A DNA stretch of 64,000 nt. Origin: Synechococcales cyanobacterium VAR_4_metabat_354 (lineage in GTDB: Bacteria > Cyanobacteriota > Cyanobacteriia > Cyanobacteriales > Chamaesiphonaceae). The position numbers were made by a program, and so were the translations under genes. The stretch lies in assembly GCA_031414775.1 (NCBI GenBank), contig JANOQI010000048.1, positions 32,001 to 96,000 of the forward strand, in the 5' to 3' direction. This document shows positions 62,878 to 64,000 of this stretch, one piece after another (position 1 is the stretch's first letter; each line of letters starts with the position of its first letter). The notes under the pieces were generated by a model, which ran no database searches, had not been told where the DNA came from, and saw only the letters and a list, made by a program, of their open reading frames with translations.

Positions 62878-62916
62878 GGATATAATTTTTTCATCGTGGA
62901 TGTGGAGCGAAAACTT

Positions 62917-64000
62917 ATGGTTGGTAGCGATTACAAACCTGGATTAGAAGGGGTAGCAGTTGCACAGTCGAGCATCAGCTATGTCAATGGTCAAGAAGGT
63001 ATTCTGGAGTATCGCGGCATTCCCATCAGTGAGCTTGCCCATCGGAGTACTTTTATTGAAACCGCCTACCTATTAATTTGGAATAGGCTACCTAGCTCAC
63101 TTGAATTAGCCGAGTTTGAGCAAGAAATTTATTCGCATCGGCGAATTAAATACCGAATCAGAGACATGATGAAATGTTTCCCAGAAACAGGTCATCCGAT
63201 GGATGCCTTGCAAGCTTCAGCTGCGGCCTTGGGTTTATTTTATTCGCGACGCGCCTTGACTGATCCAATTTATATTTGGGAAGCTGTCACCCGCTTACTG
63301 GCGAAGATTCCAACGATGGTAGCTGCCTTTCAATTAATGCGCAAAGGCAATGATCCAGTTTTGCCTCGGGATGACTTTGGTTATGCCGCGAATTTTTTGT
63401 ACATGCTCACCGAAAAAGAGCCAGACCCATTGGCGGCTAGAGTTTTGGATATCTGTCTGATTCTTCATGCCGAGCACACCATCAATGCTTCTACATTTTC
63501 GGCAATGGTGACGGCTTCCACCTTGACCGATCCCTATGCTGTCGTTGCTTCGGCCGTTGGGACATTAGCAGGTCCCTTGCATGGTGGTGCCAACGAGGAT
63601 GTAATTGCTATGCTCGAAGAAATTGGGACAGTCGATCGAGTGCGTTCTTATGTGGAAGAATGCGTGGCTCAGAAGAAAAAAATCGTGGGCTTTGGCCACC
63701 GGGTTTACAAAGTAAAAGATCCCCGCGCGATTATTCTGCAAGACTTAGCTGAGCAACTTTTTGCCAAGTTTGGCCATGACAAGTATTACGATATCGCCGT
63801 AGAGCTAGAAAGAGTTGTCGAAGAGTATTATGGCCAGAAGGGAATTTATCCCAATGTTGATTTTTATTCGGGTTTGGTCTACCGCAAATTGGGTATTCCC
63901 GATGATCTGTTTACACCGGTCTTTGCGATCGCCAGAGTGGCGGGGTGGCTAGCCCACTGGAAAGAACAGCTGGGCGAGAATCGTATCTTTAGACCGACTC
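62917..64000 (+). CDS. gltA: Citrate synthase (runs off the right edge)
   Basis: Manual translation MVGSDYKPGLEGV..ILEYRG..HPMDAL..LHAEHTINAST..GPLHGGAN..GFGHRVY..PNVDFYSG; absent from the ORF track because no stop codon is in the window. Confidence 0.97.
   Translation, partial: MVGSDYKPGLEGVAVAQSSISYVNGQEGILEYRGIPISELAHRSTFIETAYLLIWNRLPSSLELAEFEQEIYSHRRIKYRIRDMMKCFPETGHPMDALQASAAALGLFYSRRALTDPIYIWEAVTRLLAKIPTMVAAFQLMRKGNDPVLPRDDFGYAANFLYMLTEKEPDPLAARVLDICLILHAEHTINASTFSAMVTASTLTDPYAVVASAVGTLAGPLHGGANEDVIAMLEEIGTVDRVRSYVEECVAQKKKIVGFGHRVYKVKDPRAIILQDLAEQLFAKFGHDKYYDIAVELERVVEEYYGQKGIYPNVDFYSGLVYRKLGIPDDLFTPVFAIARVAGWLAHWKEQLGENRIFRPT

Overview
Cyanobacterial chromosomal DNA (ndhN, rbcR/ycf30, hik2, sigF; pervasive CGATCG/HIP1-type palindromes), mostly housekeeping genes: rimI, holA, gmk, nadC, trpD, folK, tsaB, upp, lepB, rimM, thrS, hemE, ssb, ftsH, mlaFD, mfd, sixA, partial gltA, and tRNA-Glu(TTC), tRNA-Leu(CAG), tRNA-Arg(CCT). 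No transposase, integrase, prophage gene or CRISPR array was seen. The points of most interest: (1) an AAA+ ATPase plus S8 subtilase pair (ietAS-like toxin-antitoxin/anti-phage module) between tRNA-Glu and holA; (2) an unannotated ~195-bp tandem duplication upstream of nadC, each copy with a -10 box, a conserved ~70-nt non-coding body and an intrinsic terminator, i.e. a candidate duplicated sRNA gene; (3) a collapsed, frameshifted 6-phosphofructokinase (pfkA) relic between trpD and folK that the ORF track misses; (4) a PilP-like lipoprotein gene behind sigF; (5) a large SNF2 ATPase behind tRNA-Arg; (6) a Tat-exported carbonic anhydrase-like protein; (7) a ~95-nt structured element upstream of ssb. 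All calls come from motif recognition by eye; no searches were run.
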